64,000 nucleotides of DNA from Eledone cirrhosa (GCA_964016885.1 OZ024740.1:292082001-292146000); one strand, 5' to 3'; shown: positions 13,484 through 25,119, numbered from the stretch's first letter. A program made the numbers and translations. The notes: generated from the sequence alone by a model not told the origin.

Positions 13484-14317
13484 GCATTTATCTTGCTTTA
13501 TGTTCATACGAGTTATCACCAAGTCACAACCAGTGACCTCAAGGGACAACAAGGTCTGCCATGTTCAAGAAAGAACATACATACTGACACATGCATCTTT
13601 AGTGTTTAGACTTGTGATGTACTTATATTGACAGAATCTTCCTTAGTATATGGGCAGTTCCCATTAGTACTATCTTTTGTATTTCTCCTATACGCGGGTT
13701 TCCTGGGATTTGCGATAAGTAATCATTAGACCCCTTAGGTATCATTCCCAGAGCGCCTACAACCACTGGTATTGTTTTAGTTCTCAATTTCCACATTTTT
13801 CCAATTTCTATCTCCAGGTCCTTATACTTGCTCAATTTTTCAAATGTTTTTATAGATACATTCTTGTCTATTGGAACGGACATATCAATTAGCAGGCATA
13901 CCCTCTTTTTAAAGTCCTTCAATATTATATCAGGTCTATTTGCATCTATTTTTCGGTCTGTTTGGATGCTAAAGTTCCACAAGATTGAGATGTGATCTTT
14001 TTCAAGTATGGGAGGTGGTTGATGCTCCCACCAATTCTTTTGATGGGGCAGGTCAAAATGCTTACACATTATCCAATGTATGTATTGTGCAGCTCTGTCA
14101 TGCCTGTTTAGGTATTCGGTTGGAGCTATAGGACTGCACATTGAAATTATATGGTCAATGGTCTCTGGTTGTTTTTTGCATACACGGCATAATGGGCTGC
14201 ACCCATTTTTTATTATGTTGGCTTGGTAATTTTTTGTTGGCAGACACTGATCTTGTGCCGATATAATCAGTCCTTCAGTCTCCGATTTCAGTCCAGAGGA
14301 TGCCAACCACTGATGGG

Positions 14318-14318
<1 letters not shown>
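13480..14318 (-). mobile_element. 5'-truncated R4/Dong-like element of a second family (zinc knuckle, RLE, 3' UTR)
   Basis: Open 227-aa frame 13623-14306: CRVC...HIISMC, RPDIIL...IDMSVP...EKLSKY, IPVVVGALG. Flanked by (ATT)n at 13455-13478 and 14320-14380. Confidence 0.9.
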
Positions 14319-14380
<62 letters not shown>

Positions 14381-14463
14381 GTTGTTATTCCTTGAATCTC
14401 AGTCATTGATGTTGGTTAACTGGAAAGTCCGTTGGATTGAATTTCAAGCCACTACCTGCAGCC

Positions 14464-17400
14464 TCAGATATTCAGGACGTATCGGAGGGTTCTTGCTGTT
14501 CCAAGCAAGCATGCCTTTTGAAGCGTTCCAAAAAGCGTGAAGGGGCCGATTTTCTTTAACCATCCCTGGAAACTTTTGGAGATAGTCCCCAGTGCGCCTA
14601 TGACAATCGGGATCACTTTGACTTCATGGCAGTTCCAAATCCTTTTCACCTCCCACTTTAGGTCCTGGTATCGGTTAATTTTCTCCCTCTCCTTCTCTTG
14701 CACTCTCGTGTCGAACGGGCAGGCCACATCCACAATCAGACACGATCTTTTTTCTTTGTCCACAACCACCAGGTCAGGTCTATTGTGTTCCAGTTTTTTG
14801 TCCGTCTGTATCCTAAAATCCCACAGCACCTTCACCTGATTGTTCTCCATCACCGCCTCTGGCCTATGCTCATACCATTTCTCAGAATGTGGTAAATTGT
14901 TTACTTTGCACAGGTGCCAGTGGATCACCCTGCCCATCACATCGTGTCTCCATCCCTTATAGTGGGTTTGGGCTAGGTGTTTACACTCGGACACAATGTG
15001 AGCCACAGTCTCCTCTCTCTCTCCACAGATCCTGCACAGTGGGCTAGCCTCCTCCTTGTAAATATGGTGCTTCAACCACTTCGTTTTGAGGGCCTGCTCC
15101 TGCGCAGCCATTAGCATTCCTTCTGTAGCCTTTTTGAGGTCTCCTCTTCTCAACCAGTTCCATGTCTGTGGATCTCTAAATTCAGTTTTCTCAAAGAAGG
15201 TACTATGAAGGGATTTTCCCTTAAGGCTGCTCTTCCTCCTTGATGTTATTTCCTCCTTGGACATCCCCTGGCCTACTGTCCCCTCCTTCAGTACAGCTCT
15301 GAGCATTGGCTCCTTACTATAGGTCACGTATTTGTATAGGTTGTTTTTCTCCATCTGAACACAGTCCTCTATGCTGATAAGACCTCTTCCACCCTCAGAT
15401 CTCCTTAGGTAGAGTCTATCGACATCACTCCTCTTGTGGAACATGTTGTAGATAGTCAATAGCTTCCTAGTCTTCCTATCCATTTCTTTTTGTTCAGCAA
15501 CATTCCATCTCAGAATTCCCGCACTGTACCTAATAATAGACACAGCTCGGGAATTTACTGCGCTTATGGCATTTCTGCTGTTCAGATGTGACTTCAATAC
15601 GCTCCTTACTCTCCGAATGTATTCAGTTCTTAACAATTCCTTCATTTTTTTGTTCTTTATGCCATCAGCCTCCAGAACGCCCAAATACTTGTATCCTTCC
15701 TCAGAGTCAATTTCCTTTATCATCTCACCTGTTGGTATCTGGATCCCGTTACTTCTGCTCAACCTACCCCTCCTCATCACAATGACTCCACATTTACCAA
15801 TACCAAACTGCATACATATATCACTGCTGAAAATACGGACAGTGTCAACAAGCACATCCAACTCCTTCTCACTTTTCCCGAAGAGCTTAAGATCGTCCAT
15901 GAAGAGGAGGTGATTGATGGTAAGCTCTCCCCTTCCCAACTTGTATCCTGCTCTCATTTTTCGCAGCATGATGGTCAAGGGCATCAGGGCAAGGACAAAC
16001 AACAGAGGGGACAGGCTATCTCCCTGGAAGATACCTCTCTTGATCTTCACGCTTCCCAAGGATACTCCAGTTGATGTCAACTCTGTCTCCCAGGACCCCA
16101 TACTCCTGCCCAGCAACTGTCTGATGTTATCTGCCACCCTGAAGATTTCCAGGCTTTTGGTGATCCAAGAATGAGGCACCATGTCAAATGCCTTTCTGTA
16201 GTCTATCCATCCCATGGCAAGATCAGTGTGTCTCCTCCTGCAATTCCCCATTACCATCTTATCAATAAGTAACTGGTCCTTTGTACCACGTGACTTCTTT
16301 CGGCGTCCTTTCTGTTCGTCCGGTAACAAGTTGTTTGTGTGGAGGTGATGGTAGATTTCCTCAGACACAATGCTCGTCAACAGTTTCCACATTACGGACA
16401 GACATGTGATAGGTCTATAGTTGGTAACATCATTACCCTTGATTCGGTCTTTCATTATCAGAACTGTGGTACCTTTTGTCAACCACTCTGGCACCTCACC
16501 CGACACCAAGCAGTCATTGAACATGGCCGTCAGCTTCGGGTGGAGGGATGTTAAATGTTTAATCCAATACCCCTGCACACCATCTGGGCCTGGTGATTTC
16601 CAGTTGGTTAGTTTTTTGGCCTGCTCCTTAAGAGTTTCAACTGTGATACTCAAATCAGTCTGTTGCTGTGCCTGCTCACCGATCTCGCTCTGTACTGTCT
16701 CAATCCACCCTGCCTGGACATTATGTCTAACATCCTGCTCCCATATTCCTCTCCAGAATGTTTTAGTTTGCTCCGCCCCAGGGATCAAGTCGTTGCCTCT
16801 TTCTTTCCCCTCAAGCTGTCCAAACAACATCTTCTGGTTGTTGTCGAACATGCGGTTCTGTTTATACTGACTGACTCTGTTCTCGTATCGCCTGATTTTT
16901 GCACTCTTTGCTACAATGCGTTGCTTCAGTTCCTCTATGATAATATTTAGCTTTTTCCTCCTAGTTTTGTATCTTATTTCCAGTCTATTTTTAGTGCCTA
17001 TGTTTTTTAGTGTCCCATTCAGTAGTGACTCAAGCTTTCCTATGTCATTTCTCATCTCCCCGATTTGCCCACTCAGTCGCTTCTTCCACCATGGCTCTGC
17101 TCTTTCTTGTCTGTTGTTTCCTCTCGCTTTTATTCCAAGTAGTTTCCTCACCGTATTTGCTGTTGCTTTGAGGATATTGTTGCACTGGTGAAGGCTCCTC
17201 GCCTCAAGGTATGGGATGACTTTGTTTACCTTAGCTGTTGTTTCTTTTAACTTTTTCCTGTCTACAAATCTTAGGTTCATAGGTCTCCCACTATCATTGT
17301 TCAATTCATCTACCACTAAATTTAGGATGTCAACCGAATCTTGTCCTAGCCCGTCAGCATTCATCTCCTCAGTGGCCGTATCTCTGTTCCAGGTATTATT

Positions 17401-17856
17401 TATCTCAGTATTCAGATCATTGTCTGCTTCGGGTGGTTCCTCCGTTCTCAGGACCTCTTCACCTTCATTTCCCACTGGCTCGCTTGTCTGGCATACTACA
17501 CCCGCCATCTCCAAGCCATTCTCTCTGCTCAGTTCCTCCAGTTCCAGCTCGCTTATCCACCCATTAGTTCTTATTACCCGAGCCTGCCCGGCCAATTTTT
17601 GTTCATCTAATTTAAATAAACCAATCTCGTTCCAGATGTTATGCATCCGTCTCCTGTATCCCCTCTCCTTGGGGTTACTTTTCAGGTAACATTGCATAAC
17701 AGTTCTATTCAATTCTTTCGTCCAGTTGGTTCTGGCCCCTTTCCTTCTTCTCCTTCCTCCAACATCAGCAGTATTTGGTTGACAGTCAGGTTCCTGCTGC
17801 TGAGCCAGGGGGCACCTGTTGGGTGAGAGTCTGTCACATGACGTTCTAGTCTCCAT
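14464..17856 (-). CDS. R4/Dong-like non-LTR retrotransposon protein (RT, CCHC, restriction-like endonuclease), 1130 aa
   Basis: Uninterrupted ORF with N-terminal RTNWTKELN...CY...GYRRRM, RT motifs NYRPITCL, WIDYRKAFD, GIFQGDSLSP, FMDD, YKYLG, knuckle CRIC...HIVSEC and RLE RPDL...VDVACP...EKINRY. Confidence 0.95.
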   Translation of the reverse strand: METRTSCDRLSPNRCPLAQQQEPDCQPNTADVGGRRRRKGARTNWTKELNRTVMQCYLKSNPKERGYRRRMHNIWNEIGLFKLDEQKLAGQARVIRTNGWISELELEELSRENGLEMAGVVCQTSEPVGNEGEEVLRTEEPPEADNDLNTEINNTWNRDTATEEMNADGLGQDSVDILNLVVDELNNDSGRPMNLRFVDRKKLKETTAKVNKVIPYLEARSLHQCNNILKATANTVRKLLGIKARGNNRQERAEPWWKKRLSGQIGEMRNDIGKLESLLNGTLKNIGTKNRLEIRYKTRRKKLNIIIEELKQRIVAKSAKIRRYENRVSQYKQNRMFDNNQKMLFGQLEGKERGNDLIPGAEQTKTFWRGIWEQDVRHNVQAGWIETVQSEIGEQAQQQTDLSITVETLKEQAKKLTNWKSPGPDGVQGYWIKHLTSLHPKLTAMFNDCLVSGEVPEWLTKGTTVLIMKDRIKGNDVTNYRPITCLSVMWKLLTSIVSEEIYHHLHTNNLLPDEQKGRRKKSRGTKDQLLIDKMVMGNCRRRHTDLAMGWIDYRKAFDMVPHSWITKSLEIFRVADNIRQLLGRSMGSWETELTSTGVSLGSVKIKRGIFQGDSLSPLLFVLALMPLTIMLRKMRAGYKLGRGELTINHLLFMDDLKLFGKSEKELDVLVDTVRIFSSDICMQFGIGKCGVIVMRRGRLSRSNGIQIPTGEMIKEIDSEEGYKYLGVLEADGIKNKKMKELLRTEYIRRVRSVLKSHLNSRNAISAVNSRAVSIIRYSAGILRWNVAEQKEMDRKTRKLLTIYNMFHKRSDVDRLYLRRSEGGRGLISIEDCVQMEKNNLYKYVTYSKEPMLRAVLKEGTVGQGMSKEEITSRRKSSLKGKSLHSTFFEKTEFRDPQTWNWLRRGDLKKATEGMLMAAQEQALKTKWLKHHIYKEEASPLCRICGEREETVAHIVSECKHLAQTHYKGWRHDVMGRVIHWHLCKVNNLPHSEKWYEHRPEAVMENNQVKVLWDFRIQTDKKLEHNRPDLVVVDKEKRSCLIVDVACPFDTRVQEKEREKINRYQDLKWEVKRIWNCHEVKVIPIVIGALGTISKSFQGWLKKIGPFTLFGTLQKACLLGTARTLRYVLNI

Positions 17857-18059
17857 TTCACCGTTATTCGAACTGTTTATGTTCGATATTTAAACACTCT
17901 TATCGAGGATTGGCGAATGTATGGTTACATAGCCATCTGTGGATCCGCCATTCCACTTGGCCCTTGTGTGGCATTATCACCACGCTGTATACGAACACAC
18001 ATAAACAAACAAACACACAGGCAGAAAGGGCCCCAAAAATGAATAAGCATAAGTTTCAT

Positions 18060-18947
18060 TGTAATGTAGTGTTCGAATGTCTGACTTAGTTTTTGTTTTT
18101 TAAGTTTTAGTTTTTCCCCCCTCTTCTCTGTCCGTCCGCCTGCTTCTCTCTTCATTCTTATTTTCTTTACGTTTTTTGGGGTTTTTTTTTTTGTTTTTGT
18201 TTTTCTCTGTTTGTTTTTCTCGTTTTTTGCTGTTGTTGCTGTGCTGCTTTGGTTTTGTTGTTTGTTTTTTCTTTTTTCTTTTGAGTCTATATATATATTT
18301 TGATGCCTTCCTCTTTTTTAGCAGTAGGGATTCTATAATGTGGTGGCAGCAGCCAGCTTGAAGAAGTGGGAGACTGGCGGCGGTAGCGATACTGAGACAG
18401 TGGTGGTGGTGATGTCGATACCGAGGCAGTGGTGGCGGTGATGTGACCGTATTACTGTAGTGATGGTGCTGTAGCGGTGGTAGCAGTGAAGGAGTGAAGG
18501 GGTGGTGGCGGCGGTGATGGGATAATGGTGGTAATGATGGCCGTAGTGAGCGGTGGTGGTGAAAATGCCGTTATCTGGCTGTTGTGTTTAGTGTACACAG
18601 GTGATGGGGTGGGTGGTGTATCTAGTTTCTGGTGTTGGTGGGTTTGGCTGTTCTATATAGTGTAGACAGAGGAGAGGGGGGGGGGATTCTTCTTCCATTT
18701 ATAGCCATTTTCTTTTTTGGATATACAGTGTACAATACAAAGTTGAATATTTGAATATAACAATATATTTTGGGTCCGAAATTTTTGGGGCTCAAGCCGG
18801 GTGCTTTACGTAGCATTTGTACTAAGAGTTGTTATTTCACAAATGATTTAAATATGTTAAAAATTCAAAACTTACGGGAGCGATTTCATGACCTCCGTCA
18901 CCTCGTGCGTCTTCTTCCCTATATTTATTATTCTTCTTCCCTATCCC
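18060..18947 (-). mobile_element. Possible Tx1-like 5' UTR and decayed ORF1 start directly upstream of the R4 ORF
   Basis: Shares CTTGAGCCC(C)AAAATTT upstream of an AAAA..ATGGC start with the 19014 element, followed by Thr/Pro-rich then Lys-rich low-complexity sequence. Confidence 0.4.

Positions 18948-19013
<66 letters not shown>
18948..19013 (+). repeat. (ATT)n microsatellite between divergently oriented elements
   Basis: Directly visible. Confidence 0.98.
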
Positions 19014-19014
<1 letters not shown>

Positions 19015-19229
19015 GGCGACCTACGTAGTAAATCGTATTATCGTGAGCTCCGCAAAGGTTTGTTATTTTCAGTTGTTTAAAATTTCCATTTATGGAAATT
19101 TTTTATTGTTAACTGTATATAAGTGCACATACATTGATTTCAGAAAAGGACACTCAAAAAGATTGGGGCCTTGAGCCCAAAATTTAAACTTTTTATAATT
19201 ATCAAACAAAAAAATTTCTTTGAAAAATC

Positions 19230-20444
19230 ATGGCCGACTCACAACTGAACCCAGTAGCTGAGAGCCTTCCTCACAAACTAACACCTCACACCGACACCAC
19301 CATTGTAAATATAACTACGTTTGCCAACACTAAAAATATAAACAGTAGCAATATTTTAAATTTGTCTCAGGCAGACATTCATTTCCCGCCATTACCAATG
19401 ACTGCAGGTGTTAAAGCCGCCACCCCACCATCACCACAGCGACAACAGAAACAAAAGAAAAAAATAAATTAACTCGTGATATCGAAATGAATTCAACCAA
19501 ATGAACTCTTCCACACCGAACACCACTGACGCCACCACCACCACAACTTGTGGTGAAGGAACCCACCTAAGGGCTTTCTGCCCTCAGACTAAAAGGTTGA
19601 GGCCACCCCAGTGACTCAACCATCAAAACCACCAGCAACAGAGATGGTAGCAACAACTGTAGCAGCAACAACAGAAGCAACTGTAACAGCAACAACCCCA
19701 GCAACAGTAGCAAAACCAACACCACCACCACCCAACGCGCCAGAGCTAGCACCAGCGCCTACACCATCCACCACGCCACAACCAAAACCAACTGCCGTGG
19801 AGGATTTTCCACTCCCCAGCCTATCACAACTGGAGACAGATTGTGATGACGAGGAGTGGGAAACGGTATCAGGAAAAAAGAAAAAAAGAAACCAAAAAAG
19901 AAAAAATTCTCTTCCCTCCCCCTCCAAAAACAAAATACAGAGGGAAACAAATAAACTATCAAACAAAAAAGTTAGGACAGATATGCCACCATCCACACCA
20001 GCATCACCAACCCCATCACCACAAACACCAACACCATCACCATCATTAACCCCAACACCACCATCACGAACACCACAGAAGTCACCAAAAAGCGAAACAG
20101 AAACAAACCTACAACAAACCCAAACAAAACAAAACAACCAAAACGATACACACTACACAGCATTAAATTTGAACAACAACCAATTATTACACTACATCCA
20201 ACACAACACCAGCATCACAGAAAAAGACGACACGACAACCCAAAAGTTCACACCACCTCCACACATACAAATCACTCGCATCACACAGAAAACGTACACG
20301 ACACTAAAACAAAAATTCCCCAAAGACATCGGAGACTTCCGACAAGCACTCTCCAGGAGGATTTATAAGGACATCCTTCCGGAGGAGGCCACAAGCAGTG
20401 AAAAGGATGGACAAACCATCCTTCCTCTACGAGAAGTAAGGTAA
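19230..20444 (+). pseudogene. Tx1-like ORF1 with its central domain deleted
   Basis: Low-complexity T/P/Q sequence, knuckle remnant CGEGTHLRAFCPQ at ~19549, DDEEWETVSGKKKKR motif. Lacks the ~200-aa region present at 48124-48670 in the other element. Confidence 0.7.
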
Positions 20445-20478
20445 GTGGTTTTTCCCATCTTTTCCACTCAATTTCAAC

Positions 20479-23400
20479 ATGACCTCACTCAGAATAGGCA
20501 GCATAAATGCGCGTGGCTTGGGGTCGTTATGGAAGCAGGGCCACCTGCTCAACGACCTCAGGTCACTAAACATAGATGTAGTGGCCATCAGTGAGACCAG
20601 AATCTCCGAAGCACGGGCCTTCGCACCGATCTTCAGCGGCTACGATGTGTACGCATCTCCCAGCCGTCCTGGATCGGGGGCAGGAGTTGCTGTGCTTTTT
20701 CGGAGAGGTTTGGATCTCGCCATACGGGCCATCTTCCTGGACCCAGAAGGTAAGTTGGTGGTGCTGGACGTGACCAGCGGAGACGGGCAAGCTTTCAGGC
20801 TAGTGGCCGTCTATGTCCCGACGGGAGCAGGGCGGCCTGATTTCTTCAGGCGTCTGGATACCTTTCTTGGAACGTCCCGCTCTTTAGTGTTAGTGGGCGA
20901 CTGGAACGGGATCTTAGATGCACGCTGGGACTGTGTGGGATTAGCGGATAGGGGAGGAGGGTGCAAGAGTCTCACCAACCTGCTCAAGCGTTTTGAACTG
21001 TCTGACAGGTACCGATTGGATTTCCCGAATGTGCCAATGTGGGCTTGGACAAACCGCATCGGGTCATCCAGATCATATCTAGATAGAGTATTTTGTAGGG
21101 AAATAGATAGGTCTAGCATAGGCTGTCCACAATTCAAGATAGTCAGCTACACGGACCACAAATTCGTGATCTGTGTGCTTGACTTAGATAGCCTTCATAG
21201 ACGAGGACCCGGCTACTGGAAGCTAAACGCCTCTTTACCAGCGCGCAAGGCCTACAGAGACCGGGTTAGCGAACTAGTTAAGCGAGCGTTGACGGGGGCC
21301 ATCGTCAACAACAAGTGGTGGTTTGCTCTGAAAAGAGCAATTAGAATAGAGTCCATTAGGTTTAGTAAGGCTTTAGCTATAGAGAAAAATAGAGCAGAGG
21401 GAGAACTAGTTAGAAAATTAGACGAGGCGCTTAGCAAAGGCATCGCGACCGACGTACTTGCGGCGAAATTGGCCCTTGACCAATTCTTCAATGCAAAGCA
21501 CCAAGGCTGCGTTGTCAGAGCTAGGGTGCGTGCTCTCAGACACGAGGGGACGAACGCCGTTCAATGGGCCCGAGTGGCGAAGGCGCGTCGTGGCAACAAA
21601 GCCAAGATCCGGTCTTTGGTGGACCACGACGGGCGTATGCTACTCGATCCCGGGCAAATATGTGAAGCTTTTCAGCGACACTTCGCTCAGCTGTTCGGAG
21701 GCAGCGGCGGGCCGGATCGTGGGATGGACTTTAGTGTCTACCTCGACGGACTGCCGCGGTTCTCGGCCAATGAGGCGGAGTGTTGCGAAAATCCGATAAC
21801 AGCCGCTGAAGTACGAGAGGCAATGACTGGCTGCACAAGGGGTAAATCGCCTGGTTTGGATGGTCTGCCCTATGAACTTTACGTACAGATGCCAGACTTG
21901 TTCGGAGGCCTCTTGGCGGACGTCTACTGCAACTGGCAACAGAACGGGAGAATTCCCAGCTCCGTGAGCCGAGGGGCGGTGGCGCTGCTGAGAAAGGATC
22001 CGAACAAGGGGAATAACAGATAATTTCAAGCCCATAACTCTGCTAAACACAGAGTTCAAGATTTTGGCCAAGGTGCTAGCAAAGAGGTTGGTGCTTGTCG
22101 TCGGTGGTCTGGTAGGAGAGGCGCAGACATGCGCCATTCCCGACAGATCCATCCACGACAACCTCCATCTCATGCGATACACCGTAAAGAGGGTAGCTAG
22201 GGAACCTGGCACGGGTGGGTCCTTGATCAATTTAGATCAGTCGAAAGCTTTCGATAGGTTCGACTATCGTTACCTAGCGGCACTCCTGAAGGCGGCTGGC
22301 TTTGGGTCCGTCTTCAGAGGCTGGATCGCTGCCATGCACAGCGACATCTGCTCTGTGGTGAGAGTGAACGGTCACCTTTCGGAACCGTTCAACATCATGT
22401 GCTCGGTCCGCCAAGGATGTCCCCTCTCGTACGTATTGACTCTCGAGCCATTACTGCACAAACTGGAGACGTTGAGGGGGTCCCGCGCGAACTAGGATGC
22501 GGAAGATCCGTGTCAGCATATGCGGACGATGTCACCGTAGTGGTGTCGAACGCCAAACACATCGAGGCGATCGGCACTACACTAAGAGAATATGAAGCGG
22601 TGCCAGGAGCAATGATCAACCAGGAAAAGTCAGTGGGCCTGCAGCTCGGCACCTGGAGAGGCAGGTCCATGCCGTCCAACAGCATCGTCGGGCGCTGGAT
22701 GGACGGACAGGTTAAATTGCTAGGGGTCTGGTTCGGTCCGGACCTCCAGACGGACAAAAACTGGGACGAGGTGACGAGCAGGGTGGCTTCTCTCACCCAG
22801 AAATAGGCGGAGAGGAAGCTATCCCTGAAAGGTCGAGCGGGGGTGGCTAACGCGTACATTGCGTCCGTCATCTACTACCGCCTGACCGTCGTACCTTGTC
22901 CTAAGCCCCACCTGACTGCGCTGGAGCGTTTGCTCTTTCGCTTTTTGTGGAAGGGACGCGCTCCGATGGTCAGGCGGTCCATCTGCTGTCAACACCCGCT
23001 ACGTGGAGGGCTGGGCGTGCCGTGGCTGATGATGCGCAGACATGCGCTCAGGCTAGGACATCTCCACCTCTTCCTAGACGGTGATCAGGTGTGGTCGCCG
23101 TTTGCTAGACACGTCTTTCCCCAGCTCGTCTCCTTGACGGAGCTGCAGTCCTGGGTCTCGGAAGACCGAGAGGGAGCACAATCGGGCAATGTGATCGGTG
23201 GAAACTCCACCTTGGCGTTCTATAGAGGATTAGTGGAGGGGGAGAGCGACGACGTACTTGGAGAAACTCTAGGCGTCGACGAAAATCAACTAGCCAATCT
23301 CTTCGGAAGGACTTTCGGGCCGGGGCATATGGACAACTTCCAGAAATCCCTGGCCTGGCAGTGCTACCGGAGAGCTTTGCCAGTTCGGGATAAACTCTAC

Positions 23401-23844
23401 AGGCATGGAGGTGCCGTCAGCCGGGTATGTCCGAGATGCGTGCAGGGCGACGAAGCCGTCCTGCACGCACTCGTCCAGTGTCCGAAAATTGCTGACTTGT
23501 GGGTTTATGGCGAACACTTGCTGTCACGTGTAGGACGGGTCCGGCTATCATCTGAGACCATCGTGAGGATTGCCCCGCCCTCTTCCTTTAGCCGGGAAGG
23601 GCAGGCAGTTTTTATCTGTCTGGTGGCCATGGCGAAAGAGATAGTATGGTGGACACGCTTGAAAGGGCTGAAGACGAGCACTTACCTCTTCGGTGATGCC
23701 CTGATTAACTTTTTCAAATTTCATTTGAAAAGGAAAATCAGGGTAGAAAGGGAAGTGCTCTCTTCCCAACATTTTGTTGAAAGATGGGTGAGAGAAGCAA
23801 GAATAGCCCGAGTGAATGGGCCTACTCTGAGTATGTGTCTGTAA
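20479..23844 (+). pseudogene. Tx1-like ORF2 (APE endonuclease, RT, Cys-rich domain), disrupted
   Basis: INARGL, GDWN, YLDR, TDH, KSPGLDGLP, DQSKAFD, RQGCPLS, YADD, CPRC...HALVQC. Frameshifts near 22015 and 22480; TAG at 22804. Confidence 0.93.
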
Positions 23845-24147
23845 ATTAAAGGTGGAAAACTGGGAGAGAGCACTTGCCTTGGTGGTCAGGGTCACTGTGG
23901 CCTTTTACTGGGCTTTCTCCACAAATGTCCTTCCGAAGTCCCTCCCCCCCTATTGGGGAATTATTCATTGTTATTTTTTGTTACATCCTCTGTTTTTGTT
24001 TTTTACACGCAGAAATGCCCATTTGTACCGTCCTGTATTGTCCCGCACTGTCCTTAATGTCTACTTTATGTAAACCCTTGTGGTTAATAAAGAAATCATT
24101 ATTACATATATATTATTATTATTATTATTATTATTATATTATATATA

Positions 24148-24340
24148 AGGGCGGTGGATTGGCAGTATCAGTAGAGGGTCAGACGCCATGCTTTCCAGCA
24201 TAGTTACGTCCCTTTACGGTCTGAGTTCAAATCCCGCCGAGGTTCACTTTGCCTTTCATCCTTACGGTGTCGATAAAATAAAGTATCAGTAATACACTGG
24301 GTAATTGCTGGCCTTGTGCCAAAAGTAGAAACAATTATTA
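24148..24340 (+). mobile_element. Full-length SINE, main family
   Basis: Matches 12704-12894 along its length. Confidence 0.92.
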
Positions 24341-24547
24341 TATATATATATATATATATATAAAGATATCGGTTTTAAAAATATAAAAAGTGGAAAGAAA
24401 TAGGTGGAGAAGTTAAAATAGCTCAAAATACGGCAATTTATTATAATAAACTGCACATAAGGCTATGTATCATACTTCCTTGAAATAATTTTCCAACAAA
24501 CATATGTACAAAATCCTGTTGTGTTAAAAAATAATTACGCATATATA

Positions 24548-25110
24548 CAGTGTTGTGCGTAATTCAGAGACCAGCCAAATCATTTTATTAGGTTAGGCTA
24601 ATATTGAATAAGATACAATTATTACATAAAAATAGTATATTATTACAAACATACAACACAAAGCATTATGCTACAAATTATTTATTTCAAATTAGTACTT
24701 TGATGACCTTTAGTAGCAATTACTGCAGCAATTCTGCGAGGCATTGATTGTACCAAGGAGGCACAATATTCAGGAGTAATGTGTTGTGTCCATACAGTAA
24801 GAATTTTTTTAATTGTAAATCAGTAATTGAGCTCTGATTTAGCTTGGCAACTTTGTCTTTCATGAATTTCCAACAAGTTTCAATTGGGTTTAAGTCAGGA
24901 CTTGAACCTGGTCAAAGTGCCGGCACTTCAATATCAGATTTTCGAAAAAATTGGTTAATGGTTTTTACCCTATGACAAGGAGAACCATCTTGTTGATATA
25001 TCTTGTAACCATGAATCGATAATGGGACCTTTTCTCATATGATTTCCAAATACATGTTTGCATTTACAGTCTTTCCTGCTGGAATTATGGTGAGTGCAGC
25101 TCGTTCATTT
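24548..25110 (-). mobile_element. Tc1-like transposon 3' fragment with one TIR
   Basis: Minus: YQQDGSPCHR, PGSSPDLNPIETCW, SLVQSMPRRIAAVI. End reads TA|CAGTGTTGTGCGTAATT at 24548. Confidence 0.85.
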
Positions 25111-25119
25111 AGGCTTATT

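Larger units (their letters stand above)
19014..24097 (+). mobile_element. Tx1-like (L1 group) LINE, near full-length, decayed
   Basis: 5' UTR; ORF1 remnants 19230-20444; ORF2 20479-23844; 3' end AATAAAGAAATC followed by (ATT)n. Confidence 0.92.

Noticed and set aside
14537-17826. Plus-strand ORFs overlapping the R4 ORF, and minus-strand ORFs over the Tx1 ORF2s
   Set aside because: Antisense shadows of real coding frames with no motifs of their own.
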